64,000 bases of DNA, from contig JASGHG010000001.1 in assembly GCA_047602425.1 (NCBI GenBank), forward strand, positions 4,544,001 to 4,608,000, given 5' to 3'. Below the pieces are notes generated by a model, which saw only the letters and a list, made by a program, of their open reading frames with translations, searched no databases and was not told the origin of the DNA. The translations under genes and the position numbers were made by a program. Below, one piece after another: positions 20,592 through 29,552 of the stretch (within the stretch, counting starts at the first letter, position 1; every line of letters begins with the position of its first letter). The stretch comes from Nibricoccus sp. (GTDB taxonomy: Bacteria; Verrucomicrobiota; Verrucomicrobiia; Opitutales; Opitutaceae).

Positions 20592-22391
20592 ATGGAAGAA
20601 CTCCTGACCAGAAATTTTTGTATCATTGCCCACGTCGATCATGGCAAGACGACGCTTTCCGACCGGCTGCTCGAATACACGAACACCGTCGAACAGCGCG
20701 TGCTCACCGACCAGCACCTCGACGCGATGGATCTGGAAAAGGAACGCGGCATCACGATCAAAAGTCATCCCGTAACCATGACGTACACGGCCAAAAACGG
20801 CCGGAAGTACAAACTCAACCTCATGGACACGCCGGGACACGTGGATTTTTCCTACGAGGTTTCTCGCAGCCTCGCCGCGTGCGAAGGCGCTGTTCTTCTC
20901 ATCGACGCGGGGCAGGGTGTGGAAGCGCAGACCGTGGCCAATTACCACCTCGCTGTCTCGCAGCACCTGAAAATCATTCCGGTCATCAACAAGATCGATC
21001 TGCCTGCCGCCAATCTCGAACTCTGTCTCAAGCAGATGGAGGACATTTTGACGATTCCGCACGACGAGGCCATCCTCGCCAGCGGTAAATCCGGCATCGG
21101 CATCGAAGATATTCTCGAAGCCGTCGTGGCCCGTATTCCGCCGCCGCGTTGGCGCGATTACCCGCAAACCCGCACCTTGGTCTTCGATTCGCTCTACGAT
21201 TCCTACCGCGGCGTGATTACCTACGCGCGTGTGTTTTCTGGCGCAGTGAAAGCCGGCGACATGATGCTCCTGATGAGCAACGGACAAAAATCCGAAGTTA
21301 AGGAAGTCGGCGTTTTCACGCCGAAAATGCAGAAGGTCGATGTCCTCGGCGAAGGCGATGTCGGCTATGTCGTTTCCAACATCAAGGATCCTTCCGAGAT
21401 CAAGATTGGCGACACTCTCACGCTCGCGCGCCAGCCCGCTGCCGAGATGCTTCCGGGTTACAAGGAAGTCCGCCCCATGGTTTTCTGCGGACTCTATCCT
21501 CTCGAATCCTCCGACTACGAAAAGCTCAAGGCCGCCCTCGGACGCTTGCGCCTCAACGACTCGGCTTTCTTGTATCAGTCTGAAAGTTCGGTCGCGCTTG
21601 GCTTCGGTTTTCGCTGCGGCTTCCTCGGCCTGCTCCACATGGAAATCATCCAGGAACGCATCCGCCGCGAGCACGACGTCGAAATCATCTCCACGTACCC
21701 GAGCGTCGTTTATAAGGTTAAAATCCAAGGCGGTACCGAACACTTCGAAGTCGACAATCCGATCAATTTGCCCGATCCCGGTACGATCCTCGAAATCTGC
21801 GAGCCGACGATCAACGCCTCCATCCACATCCCCAACGATTCGATGGGCGACATCCTTGCGTTGATCATGGAAAAACGCGGCGTCTGCGAGCACACCGATA
21901 CGCTCGACGCCACGCGCGTCATGATGCGCTGCGTGCTTCCGCTCAACGAGATTCTCGTCGATTTCAACGACCGTCTGAAATCCATCACGCACGGCTACGG
22001 CTCGATGGATTACGAACTCGGCGAATATCGTCCCTCGGACCTGGTGAAAATGGACATCCTCATCAATGGCGATCCCGTCGACGCTTTCGCCAGCATTGTC
22101 CATCGCGAAAAAGCCGAAGGCAAAGGCCGCGAACTTTGCGAAAAGCTGGCCGATATTATCCCGCCACAGATGTTCAAAGTTGCAATTCAAGCTGCGATCG
22201 GCGGCAAAGTCATCGCCCGCGACAACGTCCGCGAAATGCGAAAAGACGTGACCGCGAAGTGCTATGGCGGCGACATTTCCCGCAAGCGCAAACTTCTCGA
22301 CAAGCAGAAGGAAGGCAAAAAGAAGATGAAGCTGATCGGAAAAGTTTCGATTCCGCCCGACGCTTTCATCAAGGTGCTGAAGAACAACTAA
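20592..22391 (+). CDS. lepA: Elongation factor 4 (LepA)
   Basis: Start ATG 20592; RNFCIIAHVDHGKTTLSD, DTPGHVDF, GFRCGFLGLLH, KCYGGDISRKRKLL. Confidence 0.97.
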   Translation: MEELLTRNFCIIAHVDHGKTTLSDRLLEYTNTVEQRVLTDQHLDAMDLEKERGITIKSHPVTMTYTAKNGRKYKLNLMDTPGHVDFSYEVSRSLAACEGAVLLIDAGQGVEAQTVANYHLAVSQHLKIIPVINKIDLPAANLELCLKQMEDILTIPHDEAILASGKSGIGIEDILEAVVARIPPPRWRDYPQTRTLVFDSLYDSYRGVITYARVFSGAVKAGDMMLLMSNGQKSEVKEVGVFTPKMQKVDVLGEGDVGYVVSNIKDPSEIKIGDTLTLARQPAAEMLPGYKEVRPMVFCGLYPLESSDYEKLKAALGRLRLNDSAFLYQSESSVALGFGFRCGFLGLLHMEIIQERIRREHDVEIISTYPSVVYKVKIQGGTEHFEVDNPINLPDPGTILEICEPTINASIHIPNDSMGDILALIMEKRGVCEHTDTLDATRVMMRCVLPLNEILVDFNDRLKSITHGYGSMDYELGEYRPSDLVKMDILINGDPVDAFASIVHREKAEGKGRELCEKLADIIPPQMFKVAIQAAIGGKVIARDNVREMRKDVTAKCYGGDISRKRKLLDKQKEGKKKMKLIGKVSIPPDAFIKVLKNN

Positions 22392-22416
22392 CCACGACCT
22401 CGACCCCGGAAACACC

Positions 22417-23700
22417 TTGGCTAGCCAACCACAACAAAGTACCAAAGCGCGTCTGTTTGTCGGTTGGCTCACGTCGATGTTTTCCGTCGAGGGCAAGATG
22501 CGCGCCAACGCCAAAAACTGGCTGGAACTCGCTGAGAAGGTTTACCACTACCGCCGCGACGTTATCTCCCAAGTGCTCGCCGCCGAACTCCAGTCGCAGA
22601 TCGCGAACCTGCGAAAGATGCTCAAGGAGCGCACCAATGCGGCGAAGTTGAAACTCGGCATCGAGGAGCTTGAAGGCGTGATGCGTCGCACGGGCGGAAA
22701 AGTTTACCCCAAGTCGACGGTTCAGGAATATGTGGAATTTTTCCTTGTGGCTGCAATCGTGGTGCTCGGTATCCGCACATATTTTGTGCAGCCGTTTAAA
22801 ATCCCGACGAACTCGATGTGGCCGACTTACAACGGCATGACGCCACAAGTGTACAAAGATCCGTCGCAAGCTCCGGGGGTCGCGGCGCAAGCCTTGCGGT
22901 TCGTCGCCTTTGGCGCGCAATACAAACAGCTCGTCGCGCCGGAATCCGGCAAAATCACGATTCAGGTCCGGCCCAATTATAATGGCCTCCTTTACTATCA
23001 ATTGAAGCCCGGTCGCAAATGGGGTTTATTCTCAACGCTGGTGAGAGAATACCTGTTTTATGTCGGCGATGAAGCCGTTCGCCTTCAAGTCCCTGAGGAT
23101 TTCGATTTTGATACGGCTCTCCGCGAAGCGTTTGGAGTTTCAAATCGAGAGCTCGACCAGCTTGCGCGGAAATCCCAGCGCGGAGACTATGATTTTCGGT
23201 GGGTGACACTAGATCGTGAAGTGCAGAAAGGGCAGGTGTTCCTGAGTTTTGATATTATGACCGGGGATCAGCTTTTCGTTGATCGACTGAGTTATCACTT
23301 CGTATCGCCAAAGCCGGGCGACGGTTTTGTGTTTAGGACCGGACGTATTTCAGGAATCGGCGCGGATCAGTACTACATCAAACGTCTGGTGGGCGTGCCC
23401 GGCGACCAGCTGGAGATTCGCGAACCCGTTTTATATAGAAACGGACAACCGATTACCGGCGCGGAAGCTTTTCAAAAAAATGGACGGCGCGAAGGAAAGT
23501 ACGCCGGTTATTTTAATATTGGCCTTTTGGAGTCGGGCAGTGTGGTGACGGTTCCCAAAGATGGTTATTTCGCGCTCGGCGATAACTCGGGAAACAGCAA
23601 AGACAGCCGCTACTGGGGTTTTGTCCCGCGAAAGGACGTCGTAGGCCGACCCCTGTTTATCTACTATCCTTTCACAAACCACTGGGGCTTGGCGCCTTGA
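22417..23700 (+). CDS. lepB: Signal peptidase I (long form); start uncertain (22417 TTG or 22477 ATG)
   Basis: FKIPTNSMWPT (Ser), GDQLFVD, YIKRLVGVPGD (Lys), GDNSGNSKDSRYWGFVP; follows lepA. Confidence 0.93.
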   Translation: MASQPQQSTKARLFVGWLTSMFSVEGKMRANAKNWLELAEKVYHYRRDVISQVLAAELQSQIANLRKMLKERTNAAKLKLGIEELEGVMRRTGGKVYPKSTVQEYVEFFLVAAIVVLGIRTYFVQPFKIPTNSMWPTYNGMTPQVYKDPSQAPGVAAQALRFVAFGAQYKQLVAPESGKITIQVRPNYNGLLYYQLKPGRKWGLFSTLVREYLFYVGDEAVRLQVPEDFDFDTALREAFGVSNRELDQLARKSQRGDYDFRWVTLDREVQKGQVFLSFDIMTGDQLFVDRLSYHFVSPKPGDGFVFRTGRISGIGADQYYIKRLVGVPGDQLEIREPVLYRNGQPITGAEAFQKNGRREGKYAGYFNIGLLESGSVVTVPKDGYFALGDNSGNSKDSRYWGFVPRKDVVGRPLFIYYPFTNHWGLAP

Positions 23701-23731
23701 TGCCTGAGATTCGGCCGCCCAGCTGAAGGTT

Positions 23732-24616
23732 TTACCAGTAGAAGAAATTCAATTTGGGATCCAAATAGTCTTGCGTGGGCATTTTCAGCGTTGTCCGCCA
23801 GACCGTCGCGTAACGCGACCAAGGGCCTCGAATTTCACCATCGAAAATAGGATGCCATTCGGGCGCGGGCTTGGTGGGCCCTTCGGCGACGCGATCAAGA
23901 AACTCCTGATGTCCCTCGGGACTCGCAAAGTAAAGACAGCGCCGCTCAAGGTGATCGTTGATGGCCTTGGTACGCCCACAGATCTTGTGGTAGGTCACGA
24001 TAAACTCGTTGCGGGCCAGTTCCACAATCGCGCGGGTCGTGGCCCCGGCAATGGTTTGTCCCGCTGCGTACCCATAGCTGACGTGGCCCGATTTGGACTT
24101 CCGATAGACAATGACCACTTCGCCAAAGTCGGCGGGGTGGTGAAGCCTAAGAACTTCTATGCCGGGCAGAGCGGAATTGGTCGGCGAAGCATCGATATGG
24201 CCCGCCCACCAAGCCACGACTGACAGCTGCTCAAGAGCTTCCATGTGAGCTCTCCGCCTCGCCTGAATCTTAAAAAACCCTGGAAACGCCGCCATTCCAT
24301 TCGAGGAACAGTCCTCTTTGAAACCGTAGCGCCCGGCATTGGGGCCGTCGTGTTCGGCATGAAAGGCCCAACGTTCGATGGCTTCGGAGACCGCCATATT
24401 GCGGGCGACCTTGGGTGATTCGCTCGATCCTGAGCCATCAGCCGGTGTTCCTTTAGCAAACTGGGGCTTGCGTGGTGCGAGCCCCGGTGCAAGAAAAGCA
24501 TCGGCTTGAAAAAGACTTTGGCCAAAGATCGATACCGGCGTGGAGACGATCCTCGCAATAGGCCCGCCCGAATCAGCGAGGGCGTGCCGATATTTCAACA
24601 CTGCGAGATCGATCAT
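23732..24616 (-). CDS. Compact YcaO-family protein (ATP-dependent peptide backbone-modifying enzyme)
   Basis: YcaO-like motifs in order: AVSEAIER, SSNGMAA, AHMEALEQ, GYAAG...ATTRAIVELARNE; only 294 aa. Confidence 0.78.
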   Translation of the reverse strand: MIDLAVLKYRHALADSGGPIARIVSTPVSIFGQSLFQADAFLAPGLAPRKPQFAKGTPADGSGSSESPKVARNMAVSEAIERWAFHAEHDGPNAGRYGFKEDCSSNGMAAFPGFFKIQARRRAHMEALEQLSVVAWWAGHIDASPTNSALPGIEVLRLHHPADFGEVVIVYRKSKSGHVSYGYAAGQTIAGATTRAIVELARNEFIVTYHKICGRTKAINDHLERRCLYFASPEGHQEFLDRVAEGPTKPAPEWHPIFDGEIRGPWSRYATVWRTTLKMPTQDYLDPKLNFFYW

Positions 24617-24658
24617 GATTATAATATTAGGGGTATAAAAAATAGCTATATGGGCGCC

Positions 24659-24859
24659 TTAGAGACCTTCCCAAGGACCTTCATCGCCACCGTCTGGTGT
24701 AAGAAGACCTTCCCACGGACCCTCATCACCGCCATCGGGCATTGCAAAAACGACGGCCTTGGGCTCGCTCACGGAGTTGGTGACTTTGGCATTTGCGATT
24801 CCGACGAAAAGCAGCTGAGCTGCGAAGCTGACGAGGATGAAACGAGCTAAGTTTTTCAT
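24659..24859 (-). CDS. Putative RiPP precursor peptide: signal/leader plus two PDGGDEGPWEGL cores
   Basis: 66-aa ATG-TAA ORF ending 42 bp upstream of the YcaO-like gene; hydrophobic N-terminus ending IANA; identical peptide repeats with only synonymous DNA differences. Confidence 0.82.
   Translation of the reverse strand: MKNLARFILVSFAAQLLFVGIANAKVTNSVSEPKAVVFAMPDGGDEGPWEGLLTPDGGDEGPWEGL
24662..24739 (-). repeat. Two 36-bp coding repeats (24704-24739, 24662-24697), 42-bp period
   Basis: ccc gat ggc ggt gat gag ggt ccg tgg gaa ggt ctt versus cca gac ggt ggc gat gaa ggt cct tgg gaa ggt ctc. Confidence 0.95.
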
Positions 24860-24916
24860 AACGTTACAATGTCTAGCTCATATTTTTCTCAGTTTAGAGC
24901 ATGTCGTTTACCTAAA

Positions 24917-27900
24917 ATGAGTATAGGTCCATACCTTCGGAAAGGTACGATAAGGAGGCTTTTTCCGCATATTTTACAATGCGGGCTCCTCTTTTTTATA
25001 GTTTTTACCGTCGGCGTTACGAGGGGTGCCACCTCGTTTATAGATGAAGCACCACTCATTCGGAACTACTCGACGGATGAAATAGGTACCACGTCCAAGG
25101 TCTGGTGCTTGCAGGAGTCGCCCGAGGGTTTGCTGTACGCGGGCGCGGATCGCCTGTTGATTTATGACGGTGCCAGTTGGATTGCGGCTCCGCGCATGGA
25201 GAATTCAGCTGAAGTCAGGAGTATTTGTCTTCAGGGAAAGCGGATTTGGGCCGGAGGGAGCAACGAAGTAGGATACTACGAGAAAGATAGCAGCGGCGCG
25301 TATGTATATACGAGTATTACGTCACAGCTTCCCGATAAATTCTACGGTACTGTATTACATATCTATAATATGGATGACAGTATTGTATTGGTTACCAACC
25401 GCAAAGTGATACAGCTTTCTAAAAAATCAGGCGTCGCGGCCAAGGTATCTGACTTTCAAAACGATAACTATCTTCGTCCATTCACTTCGGACGGTGCGTT
25501 ATATATTAATCAGAAAGTTGGTGCTGAATCTAAGGTATGGGTGTTAAAAGATGGGGTGTTGGAGCTTGTTCCCGCCGTTTTGGGATCGGGAACCGGCACG
25601 GCATCGCTCCTAGGGAAGATCGATAAAAATTGGATTGTGGCCGTCGACTTCACGATCTTTTCCAAAAATATGGAATCAGGCGAGGAGCGGCGGATTTTCT
25701 CAGATCAAGGCGATCTGACCCGTGCGTGGATAACTGGAAACACAGTTTGCGACAACGACCATATTTATATTGGGACACGAGCAGGCGGCTATTTTGTCGT
25801 CGAACTCAATGGAAAGGTACAACAGATAACCAAGGCACAGGGACTTGCTTCAGATGGCTGCAATGCCATTTTGCCGAGTCGGGCTGGCGGTATTTGGGTG
25901 GCAACCGATGACGGGATAAGTTTTGTGCAAGATCGTTCCGGTGCGGGATGGATCCCTTTACCCAGTGAAGTCCGTTCAATACTGGCGGACAACGACGACG
26001 CTTATATTAGCTATGCACAATCCGCTCTGTTTTTATCTCCGGAGGGACGAACGGATCTTCCTGATCAGCTTCGAGCGTCATGGACACGCGTGAACGACAA
26101 CGTTTATGCCTTGGCGAGAGAAAAACTTTATAAAGCGCGAATCGGGACTGCGGACTTTAAGGAGATTCCTGGAGTGGATGGCATGCGTCTTCGCACCATC
26201 GTGGGTTTTGCAGGAGCGAGTGAATTTATCTACGGAGGAATGGCGACTTCTTCTGGCCAACGTGGATTAATGCGGTTGGATCTGAAGTCGGGCGAGGTGA
26301 CGACCTGTGAGGTGACCGATGGCATTAGCTATTATCTTCAGGATAAAATGGGGCGCCTGTGGTTTCGAACCGACCCGGGATCGATCATGATGATTGACGA
26401 TGCGTTGCGTCGCAGTTCCCTGCAAATGGCGAGTCGCAAGCGTTGCAAACTGACGCTTCACGAGGGGCAACCTTTGGCCCTGTTTGACGATTCCGGATTC
26501 ACCACGATGAAGGGGGAGAAAATCCGCAATACCGAGGGAGTTGCCGGCGCCTTGGGCACGGAATGCGTGGACGGTGCGGCTTGGGTTTTTGGACGTTTTG
26601 AAAATGCCCTCCGCGTAGGTGTGATCACGGGCGATGGCGAGGGGTTGGCGTGGAGGCAAAAAAACATTCCTGGCCTGAAACGATTCAAAAATCTGACTGC
26701 GATCTTCCGTTCTGGGGATGATTTGTGGCTAGGCGGCGACTCGGGAGTAATCCACGTCGATACGACCAAACTTTCCGGTCCGGACTTCACGCTGCCTGAG
26801 ATCGAAATCACCGTGAGAAATCCGAAGACGAAGGAACAACGTGTGCTGCCAGCGGGGTCGCGGACAATTCAGCTCACCAATTCGGAGCAGGAAATCTCCA
26901 TCCGTTTTAAAACGCATGTTTGGGGACTGTTGGAACCGCCGCAGTTTGAATCCCGGTTGTTGCCACTGGAGGATGAGTGGAAGCTGCATAAATACGGCGA
27001 AGATGTTACTCGCAGTTATGTTCCAACCGGTCAGCACACCCTGCAGCTACGCGTTCACCACCTCGGTGAAACCGGCCCGGTTACAGCATTCCAAGTGGTG
27101 CGTCCGCTGCCGTGGTATTTTTCGTATACCGGTATCACGCTGTTCGGTCTCACGGGCTGTATATTGTTTTATGGTGCGGTGAAGCTGCGTACCCGCCAGA
27201 TCAGTGCACGCAATCGCGAATTGGAGCTGAAGATTGCGGAGCGCACTCAGGAACTGGCCCGGGCCAATTCCGCCAAATCGGAGTTCCTTGCAGCAATGAG
27301 CCACGAGATTCGCAACCCGATGAACGGCGTCATTGGCATCGTGAAGATTCTTCAGGAGGCTAAGCTTGGGTCGCGCGAAAAATATTATCTCACCACACTG
27401 CATCGCTGCGCGGAACAATTGCGCACGACGGTCGACGACGTCCTCGATTTCTCAAAGATCGAAGCCGGAAAAATCACGTTGCATCCCGACACGTTTGATC
27501 TTTCGGAGAGCATCAACGCGACCATAACGTCCCTCGATCTTGCCGGTGACCGCCTCGAACTTGCCTCTTGGGCCGGACCTCGCCCAATCGTCACGGGCGA
27601 CCACGGAAAATTCTGTCAGATCCTCACCAACTATTTCAGCAATGCACTTAAATACGGTGTTCCGCCCGCGGCGTCGATTGATGTGTATGTATTGAACGAG
27701 GGACTACAGCGGTGTCGGGTCACGGTCGCGGTGAAAAACACCGGCCCCGACATACCGCCGCACGAGCAGGCCACGCTTTTCGAAACCTTTACCCGCGGCG
27801 AATACGCCAAACGCGGCCGAATCGGCGGAAGCGGACTCGGTCTTTCCATCTGCAAAAAGTTCGCCGAAACCATGGGAGGCAGCGTCGGCGTGACGAGTTC

Positions 27901-28759
27901 AAGCGGGCTGACCGTTTTCCAAGTCACGATACCCTTTGAGATCGCGCAAGTTCACCGCCGCGACGACGCCAACGGCGGGACAACGCGCAGCTTGAATGCG
28001 CGCGCCCTCGCCATCGAAGATGAAGACTACAATCGGCTCGTGTTGGGCAATATTCTCGCGAAATTGGGTTACAAAGTTGATTGGGCATGCGATGGAAAAA
28101 CCGCCCTGCAACTTGCCCAGCAAAACGGCTACGATCTGATCCTCACCGATCTCATGCTGCCCGACACCGACGGTGGCACACTTACACGTGAGATCCTTCA
28201 ACATTGTGAAGAGCCAAAGCCGCCCATTTTTGCCGTCACCGCTTATTCAACCAAGGAAAAGGAGGACGAGTGCACCCAGGCTGGCATGGCAGGCTTCATC
28301 AGCAAACCGATCACGGTGGAAAAATTGGAAGCAGCAATCCAAGGCTGGGCGTCGCAGCATCGCACCTCGGCAAAACCGTTCGTCGAACCGGCCGCTCCCA
28401 CCGCGAATATCACAGTGACGCAACTCGGCCGGCTCGGACCGCTCGAGGTCATTTTGCCCGACTTCATGCGCAAAATCGAAAACGAGTGGGCGGGCATTGA
28501 TCGCATGCTGGAGGATCGCGAGTGTACTCCGGCGGCCAATGCGGCGCACAAACTTGTCAGCGCGATGTTGCTGGTGGAAGCCGATGTATTGAGCGATCAA
28601 CTACGCTTGCTCGAACGCCGGTTGCGCGATGGCGCCTTGGAGAGCGAAATTGAAAAAGTGCGCTCCATCTGCCGGGAGGAAGTGGCCAACGTCGGACAGG
28701 CCCTGAAGGCGGCGCTCGCCCGCCATCAACGTTTCAACGCAGATCGTCCACAGACGTGA
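24917..28759 (+). CDS. Hybrid sensor histidine kinase: periplasmic beta-propeller/Y_Y_Y-like sensor, TM, HisKA, HATPase, REC, Hpt; start uncertain (24869 or 24917)
   Basis: Propeller-type repeats (GLLYAG, RIWAGG, HIYIGT, GIWVAT, DLWLGG), PWYFS+TM, MSHEIRNPMNG, GSGLGLSI, IEDEDYN/LTDLMLP/SKP, AAHKL. Confidence 0.92.
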   Translation: MSIGPYLRKGTIRRLFPHILQCGLLFFIVFTVGVTRGATSFIDEAPLIRNYSTDEIGTTSKVWCLQESPEGLLYAGADRLLIYDGASWIAAPRMENSAEVRSICLQGKRIWAGGSNEVGYYEKDSSGAYVYTSITSQLPDKFYGTVLHIYNMDDSIVLVTNRKVIQLSKKSGVAAKVSDFQNDNYLRPFTSDGALYINQKVGAESKVWVLKDGVLELVPAVLGSGTGTASLLGKIDKNWIVAVDFTIFSKNMESGEERRIFSDQGDLTRAWITGNTVCDNDHIYIGTRAGGYFVVELNGKVQQITKAQGLASDGCNAILPSRAGGIWVATDDGISFVQDRSGAGWIPLPSEVRSILADNDDAYISYAQSALFLSPEGRTDLPDQLRASWTRVNDNVYALAREKLYKARIGTADFKEIPGVDGMRLRTIVGFAGASEFIYGGMATSSGQRGLMRLDLKSGEVTTCEVTDGISYYLQDKMGRLWFRTDPGSIMMIDDALRRSSLQMASRKRCKLTLHEGQPLALFDDSGFTTMKGEKIRNTEGVAGALGTECVDGAAWVFGRFENALRVGVITGDGEGLAWRQKNIPGLKRFKNLTAIFRSGDDLWLGGDSGVIHVDTTKLSGPDFTLPEIEITVRNPKTKEQRVLPAGSRTIQLTNSEQEISIRFKTHVWGLLEPPQFESRLLPLEDEWKLHKYGEDVTRSYVPTGQHTLQLRVHHLGETGPVTAFQVVRPLPWYFSYTGITLFGLTGCILFYGAVKLRTRQISARNRELELKIAERTQELARANSAKSEFLAAMSHEIRNPMNGVIGIVKILQEAKLGSREKYYLTTLHRCAEQLRTTVDDVLDFSKIEAGKITLHPDTFDLSESINATITSLDLAGDRLELASWAGPRPIVTGDHGKFCQILTNYFSNALKYGVPPAASIDVYVLNEGLQRCRVTVAVKNTGPDIPPHEQATLFETFTRGEYAKRGRIGGSGLGLSICKKFAETMGGSVGVTSSSGLTVFQVTIPFEIAQVHRRDDANGGTTRSLNARALAIEDEDYNRLVLGNILAKLGYKVDWACDGKTALQLAQQNGYDLILTDLMLPDTDGGTLTREILQHCEEPKPPIFAVTAYSTKEKEDECTQAGMAGFISKPITVEKLEAAIQGWASQHRTSAKPFVEPAAPTANITVTQLGRLGPLEVILPDFMRKIENEWAGIDRMLEDRECTPAANAAHKLVSAMLLVEADVLSDQLRLLERRLRDGALESEIEKVRSICREEVANVGQALKAALARHQRFNADRPQT

Positions 28760-29378
28760 AGCCGCGTTTGAGCGCGTAGGATTGAAGCTGAAGCGCGCTG
28801 TGCAGACCGAGTTTCCGCATGATATTGCGGCGATGGGTTTGCACGGTGTCCGGGCTGAGCGCGAGAAGGGGAGCGGCTTCCTCATTGCTGAGTCCTTGTC
28901 CGAGCAATTCGAGGACGCCCTGTTCTTTGTCAGTAAGGATTTTGTTGAAGCTTTCGGGGTTGTGGCCCATCTGCCGCCGCAATTGCTGAACGGTGAAACC
29001 GAAATAACAGCCGCCCTGCATCACGGTGTCGATTGCACCGACCAGCGCGTCGGAAGAATCGTCCTTGTGAACGTAACCGTCGGCGCCCGATTGCAGCGCT
29101 TTATATAAAAGATAGTCCTCTTTTACGGAGGAGAGGAGGATGACTTTAGTCTCAGGAAGTAGTTCGTTAAATTTTCCGGCAAGCGTGATGCCATCTTCGC
29201 CCGGAAGCTGAATATCGAGAAGAATCAGGTCTATGCGGCCCAGTGTGGGCATCGCTTCGATGAAGGCTGCGCCCGAACCGTAACCTCCCACGACGGTCAC
29301 GTTTTCCTTGGCCTGAATCATGACCGTCAGGGCCGTCCGGAACATCACTTGGTCTTCAATGATGGCAATGCGCGGCAT
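28734..29378 (-). CDS. NarL/FixJ-family response regulator (REC + LuxR HTH)
   Basis: IIEDQ, LLDIQLPGEDG, GADGYVHK, LTDKE...GLSNEEAA...TVQTHRRNIMRKL; 3' end overlaps the kinase 3' end by 26 nt. Confidence 0.93.
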   Translation of the reverse strand: MPRIAIIEDQVMFRTALTVMIQAKENVTVVGGYGSGAAFIEAMPTLGRIDLILLDIQLPGEDGITLAGKFNELLPETKVILLSSVKEDYLLYKALQSGADGYVHKDDSSDALVGAIDTVMQGGCYFGFTVQQLRRQMGHNPESFNKILTDKEQGVLELLGQGLSNEEAAPLLALSPDTVQTHRRNIMRKLGLHSALQLQSYALKRGFTSVDDLR

Positions 29379-29552
29379 AGGGGTGGTATTTGTTTTTTAA
29401 CTGATGACGTTCTGCAAATGTTTAGCGGTTCTGCTCCCGAAATCAATGATGGTGATGCGAACGGGAAGAACAAGGCGCATTTGAGGTTTTTCGGAAGCGC
29501 GGCGCATTTAAACGCATTGCACAAAGACGATGGCCTGCCCAAGTTGGTTGCG

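Noticed and set aside
20544..22514. 656-aa ORF antisense to lepA (and similar long antisense ORFs over icd, nusA, infB and the kinases)
   Set aside because: Shadow frames expected from high-GC codon bias; no recognisable motifs.
24662..24739. 36-bp direct repeats as a mini CRISPR array
   Set aside because: Spacer is only 6 bp, differences fall at codon third positions, and there are no cas genes.
24506..24850. 114-aa + strand ORF with repeated TFPRT.I.T
   Set aside because: Antisense shadow of the precursor; its repeat copies differ in amino acids while the minus-strand copies are identical.
24659..24859. Lasso peptide interpretation of the Gly/Asp/Glu-rich core
   Set aside because: No lasso cyclase, B2 peptidase or RRE nearby; repeated cores and Thr spacing do not fit.
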